From assembly GCF_006345805.1 (NCBI RefSeq), contig NW_021832804.1, positions 1-32,392 on the forward strand: 32,392 nt of DNA, read 5' to 3'. Below, in pieces: positions 11,772-22,730 of the stretch (position 1 is the first letter of the stretch; each line of letters opens with the position of its first letter). The notes under the pieces are model-generated. The model searched no databases. It worked only from the letters and a program-made list of their open reading frames with translations, and was not told the DNA's origin. The DNA comes from Octopus sinensis (Eukaryota). The translations under genes were made by a program, and so were the position numbers.

Positions 11772-11880
11772 CAGAGAATTACATTTCGTGTACATATGTC
11801 CGTGGAATATTCAGCCATGTATACGTTAATTCGAGATCATGTTATTCAGTTAATCGCTCAACTGAGTCATTATCATCGAG
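11772..11880 (+). mobile_element. SINE family C, diverged 3' fragment
   Basis: Aligns by eye to the reverse complement of 9130-9245 (gagaattac...tcagcca...gttaatt). Confidence 0.55.
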
Positions 11881-12120
11881 ACGGAGATCCACTACCAACA
11901 TTGTCCAATGTATTATTTCTTTATAATTGTTATTCTTGTTTAACTTCAGACCAGCCCTGGTGGACAAGACCAACAGATTAATTATGAGTTTCGACTTATG
12001 ACAATCCACCACAGTTGTATCCAGTATTACAATTCAAATCGACCAGATAAATGAGGAATAAACTCTATAACAGCCCTAAACGCATAGAAGGGGTTGCTGG
12101 CCACTGATTTTGTGCTGAAC

Positions 12121-12547
12121 AAGGCAACGAGGTGGCAGAAACCTTAGTACGCCGGGCGAAATGCTTATTCCGTCTCCCGCTACGTTCTGAGTTCAATATC
12201 GCCGAGGTCAACTTTGCCTTTCGTCCTTTCGGACTCGATAAATTAAATACCAGTTGCATACTGGGGTCGATATAATCGACAGGCCCCCACCCCCAAAATT
12301 TCGGGCCTTGTGCCTAGAGCAGAAAAGAATATTAAAGCAGCGAGCTGTCAGAAATGTTAGCACGCCGGGCGAAATGCTTAGCAGTATTTCGTCTGTCTTT
12401 ACGTTCTGAGTTCAAATTCCCACGAGGTTGACTTTGCCTTTCATCTTGTCGGGGTCGATAAATTAGGTACCAGTTGCATACTGGGGCTTATCTCATTGAC
12501 TGGCCCCCTCCCCCAAATTTCGGGCCCTGTGTCTAGAGTAAAAATAT
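12121..12547 (+). mobile_element. Two head-to-tail SINE family A copies, tail type 2 (12121-12332, 12333-12547)
   Basis: Each has the family-A head and body and the tail ccccc..aaatttcgggcc(t/c)tgtg.ctagag. Confidence 0.88.
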
Positions 12548-12794
12548 ATATTGTGCTGAATACTAGGTCATAGCAGATGTTATAATTTGTACAAGTATAC
12601 AATGTGTTTGTAGGTGTATATATGTATGTGTGCGAGGCTGTTATGTGTGATGTACTGGATGGACATATGGGTGAAACAGGGGTGTGAAAAATTGTAGTTT
12701 TGGGAGGTACATTATACACGGGGTAGTATGAGTTTGAACATGATACGTGCGTGTAATGGAAGTGTTGGTGCCTGTGTGTTTAAAGTAGTATATA

Positions 12795-13049
12795 TTGGGT
12801 TGATGTATAATTATTGCGGCTTGTTTTCAACAAAATTTTATGCAACAAAAACAATAACACACATGTAAGAAACACATCTTTAAATGATTATTCCGAAGCA
12901 TAATCACCATCTACTTCAATTACTGTTTCTCATTTGCTTGGCAGACGGTCAGTCCGTCATTTAAAGATGTCTTTGTTAAATATTGTTATTGTTTTTGTTG
13001 AATAAAATTTGTGGAAAAAAAAAGCCGCAATAATTATGCACCAACCCAA
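12795..13049 (-). mobile_element. Mariner-derived MITE with about 95-bp inverted arms and TA TSD
   Basis: TA|ttgggttgatgtataattattgcggc ... gccgcaataattatgcaccaacccaa|TA; terminus resembles Hsmar1/Made1-type TIRs. Centre encodes DRLPSK*ETVIEVDGDYASE* on minus, like a mariner transposase C-terminus. Confidence 0.88.
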
Positions 13050-13074
13050 TAAGTGTGTGCGTGTGGATGTATGC

Positions 13075-13630
13075 TCTTATACTCTTTTACTCGTTTCAGC
13101 CATGCGACTGTGGTCATGCTGGAGCACCACCATGGTCTTTCTGATTTTCTCAGTCTGGGTGTTTCACATCACCGCTCCTGTATGTGCCTTCTACCCAGCT
13201 GTTGGTACATTTGATGTATAATTGAGTTTGATTCCGCAGCCCTCATCTGTACCTCCTGTCGAGCTGTTGGCTCATCCGGCATTGTGGAGAGGAGGCTGTT
13301 TAATTCCTTTTTGAAAACATCTACTTCCACCTTATGCAAATTTCTTAATATTTGTGGCAGGGTATTGAAAAGCTGTGGGCTTTCGAACCCTAGACTATTG
13401 CAATACGTAGTCCTGAATTTAGATGGAATGTACTGTACCTTTGGTACAATGCAATGGCGACCAGTTCTGGCATTTGTATAGCACTCAATGCCAAAGTTAG
13501 ATTCTAGCCCTTCTAGGAGTTTCTCTATGTATATTATTGTGTATCTGTTACGCCTTCGCTCCAAGACATCACACGTTTATATTGTTTAAATGTTTTGGTT
13601 TGTGTGATGCTGGGTATTTGTTTAACGGTG
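13075..13630 (-). mobile_element. CR1-group (L2/Crack/Daphne-like) LINE 3' end: ORF2 C-terminus plus 3' UTR
   Basis: ORF 13169-13564: (L)ERRRNRYTIIY...RTGRHCIVP...NSLGFESPQLFNTLP..LRN...FKKELNSLLSTMPDEP...RAAESNSI, a typical post-RT tail of this group. Confidence 0.85.
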
Positions 13631-13884
13631 TGGGGGAGTTTGTTTCGGGAACAGTGGGAATACAAGAGGTGTCAGTGAATAAGAGTGTTGACTGAATAAG
13701 GGTGGAAAATTTAGGCAGATAGGGAACGAAGTATGGAGAAAAAAAAGAACATCAATTCCTGCTCCAGACAGGGACGGAGTCTGGAGAGCTTCTTTGCAAT
13801 ATTAGTCCGATCACAAACAGATGTTGAAAGGAAAATCTAATCGAGCAGAAATGGCGTGAAATCGGGGAGTCATTACGGTGGTGC

Positions 13885-14040
13885 CTGTGTATCTTCGTGT
13901 GTATGTCTTTGTGTGTGTATGTCTTCGTGTGTGTGTCTTCGTTTGTGTGTCTTCGTGTGTTTGTCTTCGTGTGTGTCTCTTCGTGAGTGCGTCTCTTCGT
14001 GTGTGTGTCTTCGTGAGTATATTTTCATGTGTGTGTCTTT
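13885..14040. repeat. About 14-bp minisatellite (tcttcgtgtgtgtg)n, roughly 11 units
   Basis: Directly visible; immediately upstream of a SINE-B 3' half. Confidence 0.85.
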
Positions 14041-14240
14041 GTCTTGCAACCGCTTTAGAACAGGTTTTGCTTTGTTTACGCCTTGTAAGCTATCGGTTAG
14101 GCAAAAAATACTGATAGTAAAAAAATACCAGACTTATAAATACATACTAGGATCAATTCGTTCGGTTAAAACCCTTCAAGGCAGAGCTTTAGCATGGCTG
14201 CAGTCCAATGACTGAAACATGCAAAAGATACAAAGATAAG
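14040..14240 (+). mobile_element. SINE family B, 3' half (a further tail-only piece lies at 14375-14430)
   Basis: tagcatggctgcagtccaatgactgaaacatgcaaaaga tail. Confidence 0.75.
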
Positions 14241-14599
14241 CAAATAACATGATATTTGTAAGGAAGGGAAAAGTCGAATAAATGGACCTCACGTCTTCCG
14301 TGGCGCTTCATTCAAACGGCACTGAACTGATGAAAGGGTAAGTTATCATCGTCGGAATTTCAAATCATAAAGTGAACAAGGCGATGCCCCAGCATGGCCG
14401 CATCCTAATGACTGAATTAAGTAAAAAATAACCGAAAGATACGTTTCGGTTATTTGTTGTGGATCTTTGAGTTCTGGTACAGTCAATGTTTCGTTGCTTC
14501 TGGTCATTTGGGCGCCATGGAAAGGATACCTTCTGTTGTAAACGCCAAAAATAGGTTTTGATTTAAGGACATTCCGCCCCGCTTTTCCTTTCACCAATC

Positions 14600-14900
14600 T
14601 TAGAAGCTGTAAAAAAATAAAGGGGGCATTGAGGCTGCCCTTCTCCCTGTGGTTAATGATTAAGCTGATAACATATAGAATAAAGCCGTATCTTGGAGAA
14701 ACTTATCCAAGCTATTCTTCCAATTCTAAAGCCATTTGAGCGTTTTTGTGCATTTTGGGAGCGATTTGGTGGCTCTATCTAATAAGTCGAGCCACTGAAT
14801 AGAAATTTCCTCGCTGGGTTTTCGGAGTGCACAAAAAGAAGAGCCAATCAACCAGATAGAACCGATTATCATGAGCGTATTGACAAAAATCGATAAGTCA
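14600..14900 (-). mobile_element. Possible second, older CR1-group LINE 3' fragment
   Basis: Minus strand: RATKSLPKC...WKNSLDKFLQD...TTGRRAAS, parallel in order to the 13.2-13.5 kb peptide; weak. Confidence 0.4.
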
Positions 14901-15579
14901 AACGCAGTCACTCACTCACTCACTCACTTACACACACTCATGCATAAACACACACATACACACCACACACACACTCACACGCACACACACAAACACACTC
15001 ACCTGCTCACTCACTCCTCACTCTCTCTCTTTCCTTCTTCCTCTCTTCCTTTCTCTTCCTCTCCCTCTCTCTTCCTCTCCCTCTATTCCCCCTCTCCTTC
15101 TCTTCACCCCCTCTCTCTATTTCCCCTCTCCCTCTCTTCCTCCCTCTCCATCTCTCCTTCTTCCTCCCTCACTTCTCCCCTCTCTCTCTCACGCCAAATC
15201 AACCAATCTGAATGTTATAAGTCACGATGATACACAAACTGGAATGGTTTAAACCGAACACGAACCTACATCCCCAAAATTCCAGCCGCTGTTATCGCAA
15301 CGCCAGTCCAGAGCGCCACACGCCATAACCATTAGGAATGAACGAGACCAAGCGAAACTTAATTATTAGTTTCAAAGTTAGTGATTGAGCAAAATAATGA
15401 AACAGTTGATTATTTCTGAATAGGTTCCATCAATCAAAGTCTTCATTTCCTGCTTGCAGACAATGGTTGATAATCCTGGCATATCTTACTTACACGCCCC
15501 TTCATCTCCCAAATCCGATTAGACAGCAGTCTTTGATATAATCCTTGTAAAGTTATTATGTGAAAAGCGCTGCGTACGT

Positions 15580-16830
15580 GTGTGTATATATGTGTGACGT
15601 AGGTGTGACGTATGCGTGACGTATGTATTGTGTGTGTGTGTGTGTGTGTGTGCGTGTGTTTTTGTGTGTGGCGTATGTGTGTGCGTATGTGTGAGGGGGT
15701 ATTTGTTTTGTAAGTATTGTGTGAATGTGTACGGGTATGCATGTGTACATGTGTATGTGTGTATGCCAGTGTGCAAGTCTGAGTCCACGTGAGCGCCTAT
15801 ATGTGTGTGTATGTGCGTATGCATAATAAACGTGCCTCTGTTTGACAGCATGCGTATGTATGTACATATGTGTGTATACGCGTGTGTATATAATTGCGCA
15901 ATTCTTCGTCAACGTGAGTGTGATTGTGTGTAGTGTGTGTGTGTATATGTTTGTGTATAAGTGTGCAAATCTTTGACTGTTTGTATTTAGTGTGTATGTG
16001 TGTGTATGACCGTGTATGTCCATATAAGTGTGCAACGTTTTTGTAGCGTGTGTATAGGTTTTTGTATGTCTGTATATATGTATGCAACTATTTGTGAATG
16101 TGTATGACCGTGTAAACGCATGCAAGAGGGCTACACTTTGCCAGATTCAGTATGTATGTATGTATATTTGTATGTATGTATGTATGTATGTATGTATGTA
16201 TGTATGTATGTATGTATGTATGTATGTATGTATGTATGTATGTATGTATGAATGTATGCATCTATGTATGTATGCTTGTATATATGTGTGTATTCATTCC
16301 TCTATGTATGCATGTATGTATGCATATATGAATGTATAAATGTATGTAGGTGTATGAATGTATGTATGTACGCTTGTACATATGGATGTATGCAGATGTA
16401 TGATTGTATGTATGCATGTATGTATGTATGTAGGTGTGTATGTATGAGTGTATATGTGTGAATGAATGCATGTATGGATGTATATACGTACGTATGTATG
16501 TACGTATGTATGTATGAGTGTGTATATATATATGTATGAATGTATGTACGTATTACGTATGCATGTAGGTATGTATGAGAGTATATGTATGTATGTATGT
16601 AAGTATGTATGTATGTATGTATGTATGTATGCATGCATTCATTAATGTATGCACGCATGCATTGTAGTATGTATGCAAGTATGAATGTATGTACGTTTGT
16701 ATACGCTTGTATGCATAGAAGCGTGTAAGGAAGTACTTTGTGTAGATGCACGTATGTATGTTTGTGTGTTAATGTGTATGCATGTGCGCACACATGTGTG
16801 CATGCGTGCGTATACCTGTGTGTAGGGTGA
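15580..16830. repeat. Long (TG)n/(TATG)n degenerate microsatellite field
   Basis: Directly visible. Confidence 0.93.
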
Positions 16831-16909
16831 GTGGGAAAGGGCTCAGCATCATTTCTGTATAATGTTTCTTGGTGATGGAGAGAAAGAGAGAGAGATAGAG
16901 AGAGAGAGA

Positions 16910-19900
16910 GAGTGTGGTGCTGCTGGTATATCGCTTGTAATGGAGGGTGATGGCGGTGGTGGTGGTGGTGGTGCTGGTGGCGGCGGCTTGGACAAGTTAG
17001 TGATGGTGGTTGTGGTGGTGGGGATGGTAATTGAAGTTCTGACGACAGTGACACAGTCGTCTTGGTAGTCACTTGTAATTGTGTTGGTATAGGAAGTGGC
17101 GTTGGAGCGGTGGTGATAGTGGTGACGGTGGTGGTAGTGGTGGTGGTGGTGGTGGTAGTTGTGGTGTTGGCGGTGGTGGCGGTTCGTATAGTTGCAAATG
17201 TGGTATATATTTCCTCATAGCCAAAGTCACCAAATGTGATGGTTGTTGATGTGGTAGTAGTGCGGGTAGAGGGGGTAGTGGTGTTGGTAGTGATGGTAGT
17301 GCTAGCGCTGCTGGTTATGCTGGTTGTGGTGGTGGTGGTGATGATGCTGGTAGTGTGGTGGTATTGGTGCTGCTGGTATTAGTGGTGGTGATAGCATTTG
17401 TTGTGGTTATGGTGGTGGCGCTGGTAGCATTCGTTGTGGTGGTAGCAGTAGTGGCGGCGGTGATGGTGTGGTGGCGGTAGTGGTGGTGATGCTGGTAGCG
17501 GTGGTGGGGATAGCATTGGTTGTAGTAGTGGTGGTGATGGTGGTGGTGGTGGTGTTGTTGATGGTGTTGTTGACAGTTGTCATAGTGATGGCTCCGGTGG
17601 TGGTATGGTTTGTAGTGGTGGTATGTAGTAGCAGTTCCTGTTGTTGTGCTGGTGGTGGTGGTAGTGGTGGTGGTAATAATGGCACTGGGGGCATTGGTAG
17701 TGGTGATGCTTGGGGTAAAGGTGGTGCTGATGATGATGGTGGTAGTGATGTTGGTTCGTGTTGGTGTTGGTAATGGTGGTAGTGGTGGTTGCAGTGGTAG
17801 TAGTGATTGTGGTGTTGGTGGTGGTAGTGGTGGTGGTGATGTTTATGTACCGGATGATTATGTATAGATGTTCGTTGAGAACTGGAGATAGGGTGTGTAT
17901 ATGTGATTGATGGCAGCGGTGCCCAATAGATTCAGTGGTAGTTGCGGCAGTAGCAACCAGTGTATGGCAGTATAGGGTTACGGTAGTAGTTCAGCTGGTG
18001 GCGTTGATGGCGTATCATGTGAAGATGACGGTGCCGGTGGCGGCAACGGCGGCGATAGTGACAGTGTGGTGATAGTAGAAGAGGTAGAAGTGGTGTTGGT
18101 GCTAGTTTCGGTGGTAGTGGTGGAGGTACGGGAACTGATGAGGGTATAATATACGATAGTAATTTTCTGGGAAGGGGTGGGTATGCTGGTGGTGTTAACT
18201 GTGTATTGGCGTTTGAGTTGTAGTTGACTGACGGTGGTGAGGTGAGGCGATGGGCGGGGGAATGAATGCGGTGGTTGTGGTGGTGACGTGTGACTTCCTA
18301 ATGGTGGGGGCCGAATTAATGGTGCTGGTGCTATTACTGATGGTAGTGATAGTGGTGGCGATGATGATGGCGATGATGGTAGAAGTTGTTGTGAGGGGGT
18401 GGGTGTAGTAATAAATATGGCGAGGTAACGATGATGATGATGATGAATTCATTGTGATAGTGGTGGTGATGATCATTGTAAGGGTTCTAATGGTGGTGAT
18501 AATGATGATGGTGGAGTAGGGGGAGGGATCAATTCGTGGCGGTGTGATGGTGGTGGTAGTGACATTGGCGATGGCGGTGGTTGTGATTATCGTTATAAGA
18601 CAGATATTAAAAGACGTGATGCCGTGTTTTTAGTGACATTGATGAGATGTCAAGTGTGAGGATAATAAAACGAAAATAGTGATTAACAAATCGAGAGCAG
18701 TGTTAGTGCAGGGCTAGAGAGTATCTCTGGTGACAATACCGGTGGTAGAGAGTATTTATGGTGATAGTATCTGTGGTAGAGAGTATTTGCGGTCAGTATC
18801 GATGATAGAGAGTATCTATACAGAGCACGGTTGTCACAGGGGCCGTGCCGCTACTGTTGACATTGGTAGCGGCACAATGCTGGTGTAAGGTATTAAAGGA
18901 GTTAGCTGTTGTGTGATATATAACTGGGTAGAGCTGCTGTTCAGGGGTGGGTGTTATTCATGGTGGCGGTGGTGAAGTTGGTGCCGGTGATCGTTTTAGT
19001 TTTGCTGCTGTAGTTGTTATTTTTCTTGTTGCTGTGGTTGGTAGTGGTGGCGGTGGTGGTGCAGTTGGATGTTTTGTTGTAGTCAGTGGAGGTGTTGCTG
19101 TTGTAGTTGTAGTTGTTGGTGTCTGTTTGTGTTTCGGTGGTGTTTAAGCTGGTGATGGCGACAGGGTGGAGTTGGTAGTGTTCTTGTTGTTAATAGTAAT
19201 GTTGGTTGTGAGGTTGTTGTTGTTGTTGGTGGTGACGCTGTTGGTGACGGTGGGGGCTGATGACGGCGGTGTTGGTGTTGTTGGTTCGTTGTGGTGCAAG
19301 TGGTAGTAGTGGTGATGACAATGGTGCTGCTGCTGAAGTGATGGCGACATTGGCGATGGTGGTGTTCTTGTTGTAGTCGGTAGTAGCGATGATGGTGGTA
19401 GTGGTGATGATGGCGGTGCTGATGATGGAGGTAGTACAAATGGTAGTGGTGGTGGTGGTTGTGTTGATGATGATGGTGGTGTTGATGGTGGTGGTGCTAG
19501 TGATAGTGGTAGTGTTAATGGTAGTAGTGATGGTGGTGGTGGGGATGGTTGTGATTGATGATGGTGGTGTTGATGATGATGATGGTGGTGGTGATGATGG
19601 TGGTGGTGGTGGTGATGGTGATGGTAGAAATGACGCCATTGACGGTGGTGGGATTGATGGTTGTCACAATGGCACAGGTGACGATGATGGCAGTGGCAGT
19701 ATTGCAAGAGCAGATGCTGTGTAAGTGGCGTCGGCTGCGAATGATGGCAACGGTGGAGGCGGTGGATGTAGGTTGGTGGCGATGTTGGTGGCCCTGGCAA
19801 ATTGAGGTAGCTGTGTCAGTGGCGGAGGTGGGGGAGGCACACGAATTTGGACGTCAGCATATCAGACGGTGTAACTGTGCAATAAGTAATCAAAAGAAAA

Positions 19901-19990
19901 TGTTTGTTGGTGGTTGCGGCGACTTCAAAGGACGAACAAGTGGAGGTGAAGGGTCCGGTGTGACGGCGGCGGTGGGGGTGGGTGCGTTTG
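16910..19990. repeat. About 3-kb cryptic (GGT/GAT/GTA)n trinucleotide tract with strong G+T strand bias
   Basis: Directly visible; its ORFs are poly-V/G/M or poly-T/P/H and are broken by stops. Confidence 0.9.
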
Positions 19991-20284
19991 AGCGGCGGCG
20001 GCGGCACAGAAAGACCAAAAAGATGCCGATCACACTATTTAAGATCAAAGAAAGAAATTTGAATAATAGAAGAATTTGAAATGACTGGACACAAGGAAAA
20101 GAAAAGAAATGAAATGAAAATAAAAAAAAATAAAGAAAAAAAGAAAGAAAAGTGAGCAACAACGATAACAACAATAACTATAAAACAAAAAACAATGACA
20201 AATAAATAAGTACATAAATATATAAATAAATAAATAATCGACATAGGAATAATCAATCTATACATATAAACAAACATACATATA

Positions 20285-20353
<69 letters not shown>

Positions 20354-20546
20354 TGTACCTATCCATAGACATATATAACGTGTCAATATACGTGTATAAT
20401 GTGTATGTATACATGTATATATGCAGACATATATATGCATATATATGTGTATATATAAGTACATACATATGCGCATATATATACTTATATACAATTATAT
20501 GTATGTGCTTATAAATGTATATGTATTTATGCATATATATATACAT

Positions 20547-20597
<51 letters not shown>

Positions 20598-21324
20598 GCC
20601 GCGTACATACACTCATACACATAAAAGAAATAACGAAGTATAACATATGGTCTGACAGACACTTCAGTAAGAGTTAATAGGGAAGACGATATAAAGAACT
20701 TGCTTAAGACACAGAGAGAGACAAAAGAAACAGAAGAGTGTTGGAAGGGAGGGGGAGGGTTGAAAGAGAAGACGTCTGGTCATTATTTCACAGAACGGAC
20801 AATTTAGACTGTAGATTGGTGACATTTATTTCCGTGTTAAATATATAGCGCCATTATTTAAGTTCTGACATTGCAACACCGAAAAGTACGTAATTCTTGA
20901 GGCGTGACGGCTAATTTGTTACTCCATTACTTTCTCTATATATTTGAAGAATCGGGTTTCAAATTCAGCGCGCGTTCTTGAACTTCATATTTGTGGGTTT
21001 TTTTCTGATGGGAAAAAGAAATTTTTGTACCTTGGGGGCCGAAAATTTCTCCAGGATATCAAGGGCAATCTGCGAGATTTGCACCGCTAATAAAAAAAAT
21101 GACCTCTTGTAAGTGCGTTCTGCCAGGAGATGAGTTCTGTCTCAGGCAGTCTGATTCTCGAAGAACTTTGCCCAGGCCTGTACTAGGGTATAACCCTTCA
21201 GATGACAGGTAACTTTGTCGCGGTATATTTCTGCCCCCATTGGTAATATCAGGAGATAAGACATACATACAATATTGTATCAAATTTCTTGGCGTTTTTA
21301 CAAATTGATGAAAGAAAACTATTT

Positions 21325-21665
21325 ATTATAGACGTAAGCGTGGCTGTGTCGTAAGAACTGTACTTCCCAATCTAATGGTCCCGAGTTCAGTTCTACTGCG
21401 TAGAATCTTGGGCAGCTCTCTCTTACTATATCCTCGGGCCGACCAATGGTTCGTGAGTGGATTTGGTAGACGGAAACTGAAAAAATCCGACGCATATACA
21501 TACATACACACACACACACACACCACACATATATATATATATATACACACATGTGAAAGTGTGTGTGTCTTTACCTCTGTGTTTGTGCCCTACCTAATGT
21601 CCTCGTAACATAACGATTCGGGTTACGAGACCGATAGAGTTATTACCAGGCTTAAATAAAATAGA
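21325..21665 (+). mobile_element. SINE family B, 3' tail missing; followed by a partial family A copy (about 21700-21850)
   Basis: gcgtggctgtgtcgtaagaa head, internal (CA)n(TA)n, body to accaggcttaaa. Confidence 0.8.
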
Positions 21666-22211
21666 ATAAAATAATGCAAATTTCTCTTTATAAACCTAAG
21701 CAGCAATTCTTTCGGCTCTTTGTGTTCTGAGTTCGAATTCCGCCAAGGTCAGTTTTTGCCTTCGGCTTTTGGGGGGGTCGATGCAATCGGTTAGCCACCT
21801 GCCCCTAAAATTGCTGGTGCTGTGCCATAAAATGAAGCAATTAGAATTATATCGTTTAGTGAAGCAAAAGAATGTCGGTCTAGAAGTATAAATTGCTGTG
21901 CAGTTTTGATTTCCGGTAATGGCGGACAGAACGTTGTCGCCATCGTTACGATATGCTAATTTCGCTATCATAATTTATTTCAATTATACGGTTTTTTAAT
22001 TTTCTTCTTTAAATCGTTTCAGTCATTAGATTGCGGCCATACTGGGGCACCGCCTTGAATTTTAGTCGAACGAGTCGACCCCACTAGTACTGGACTGGTA
22101 TCGGTCTTTTTTGCCGAATTAGTATGTTACTGGGGCATAAACATACCAACACCGGTTGACAAGTGGTGACAAGTGGTGGTGGGGAACAAAGAGACAAATA
22201 CATGTATGTCC

Positions 22212-22267
<56 letters not shown>

Positions 22268-22463
22268 TACGGAAAAAAGAAAATGGAGGGAATACAGAAA
22301 TGACATACATCAACTATTAGACATTCTATTATGTCTATTTATTCTAAAACAGTTGTAAGAATATATACATATGCAAAGACTGTGAGTTACAAGCATATGT
22401 ATCAGTAATACATAAAAGAGTAAAAGAACAAAAGAATAACAGAACAATCTCTAACTCTCACGG

Positions 22464-22514
<51 letters not shown>

Positions 22515-22524
22515 ATATATATAT

Positions 22525-22730
22525 GTCGCCATGATAGATCAGTAGCCACTACACACATGTTTTTCTCTCCTTGTTTTTGTCTGTGTCCCTTTCTGTAGAA
22601 GAGCGTAGGCTCGAAACGTAAAAGACTTTTTCTATTCCTGAGCGTTATACTAATACATCTGTTTGTTTTGTACACCATCTGTCTTCGTCTTTTCCTTTTT
22701 TTTTTTTTTCGTGAACTCTCCCCCTATATA
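22525..22730 (+). mobile_element. Penelope-like solo terminal-repeat fragment with hammerhead motif, flanked by TA runs
   Basis: Contains ctgtagaagagcgtaggctcgaaacgta; (TA)n upstream and tatata downstream. Confidence 0.65.
22585..22626 (+). ncRNA. Minimal type-I hammerhead ribozyme motif, variant core
   Basis: CUGUAGA-A (22593-22600), helix II gagc/gctc with guag loop, GAA, palindromic ACGU helix III, GUA site at 22620, helix I cttt/aaag. Confidence 0.65.

Noticed and set aside
11975-12020. Third hammerhead-like motif on the minus strand (ctgtggtg..aagtcgaaac)
   Set aside because: The core deviates at several positions, and no helix I/III or NUH site can be formed.
13762-13786. 8-bp perfect hairpin ctccagac/gtctggag
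   Set aside because: Too short to exceed chance in 32 kb; no U-tract or other context.
21055-21215. Two plus-strand micro-exon candidates (21055-21108 ending at gtaagt, and a second ending at cag|gtaact)
   Set aside because: Short AG...GT windows with an open frame are expected by chance and the peptides are unrecognisable; worth revisiting only with RNA-seq.
22270-22460. Insert with a 9-bp hairpin (tacatatgc/gcatatgta) between two (TA)n runs
   Set aside because: It may be another TA-targeted fragment, but it has no hammerhead core or second copy to support a call.
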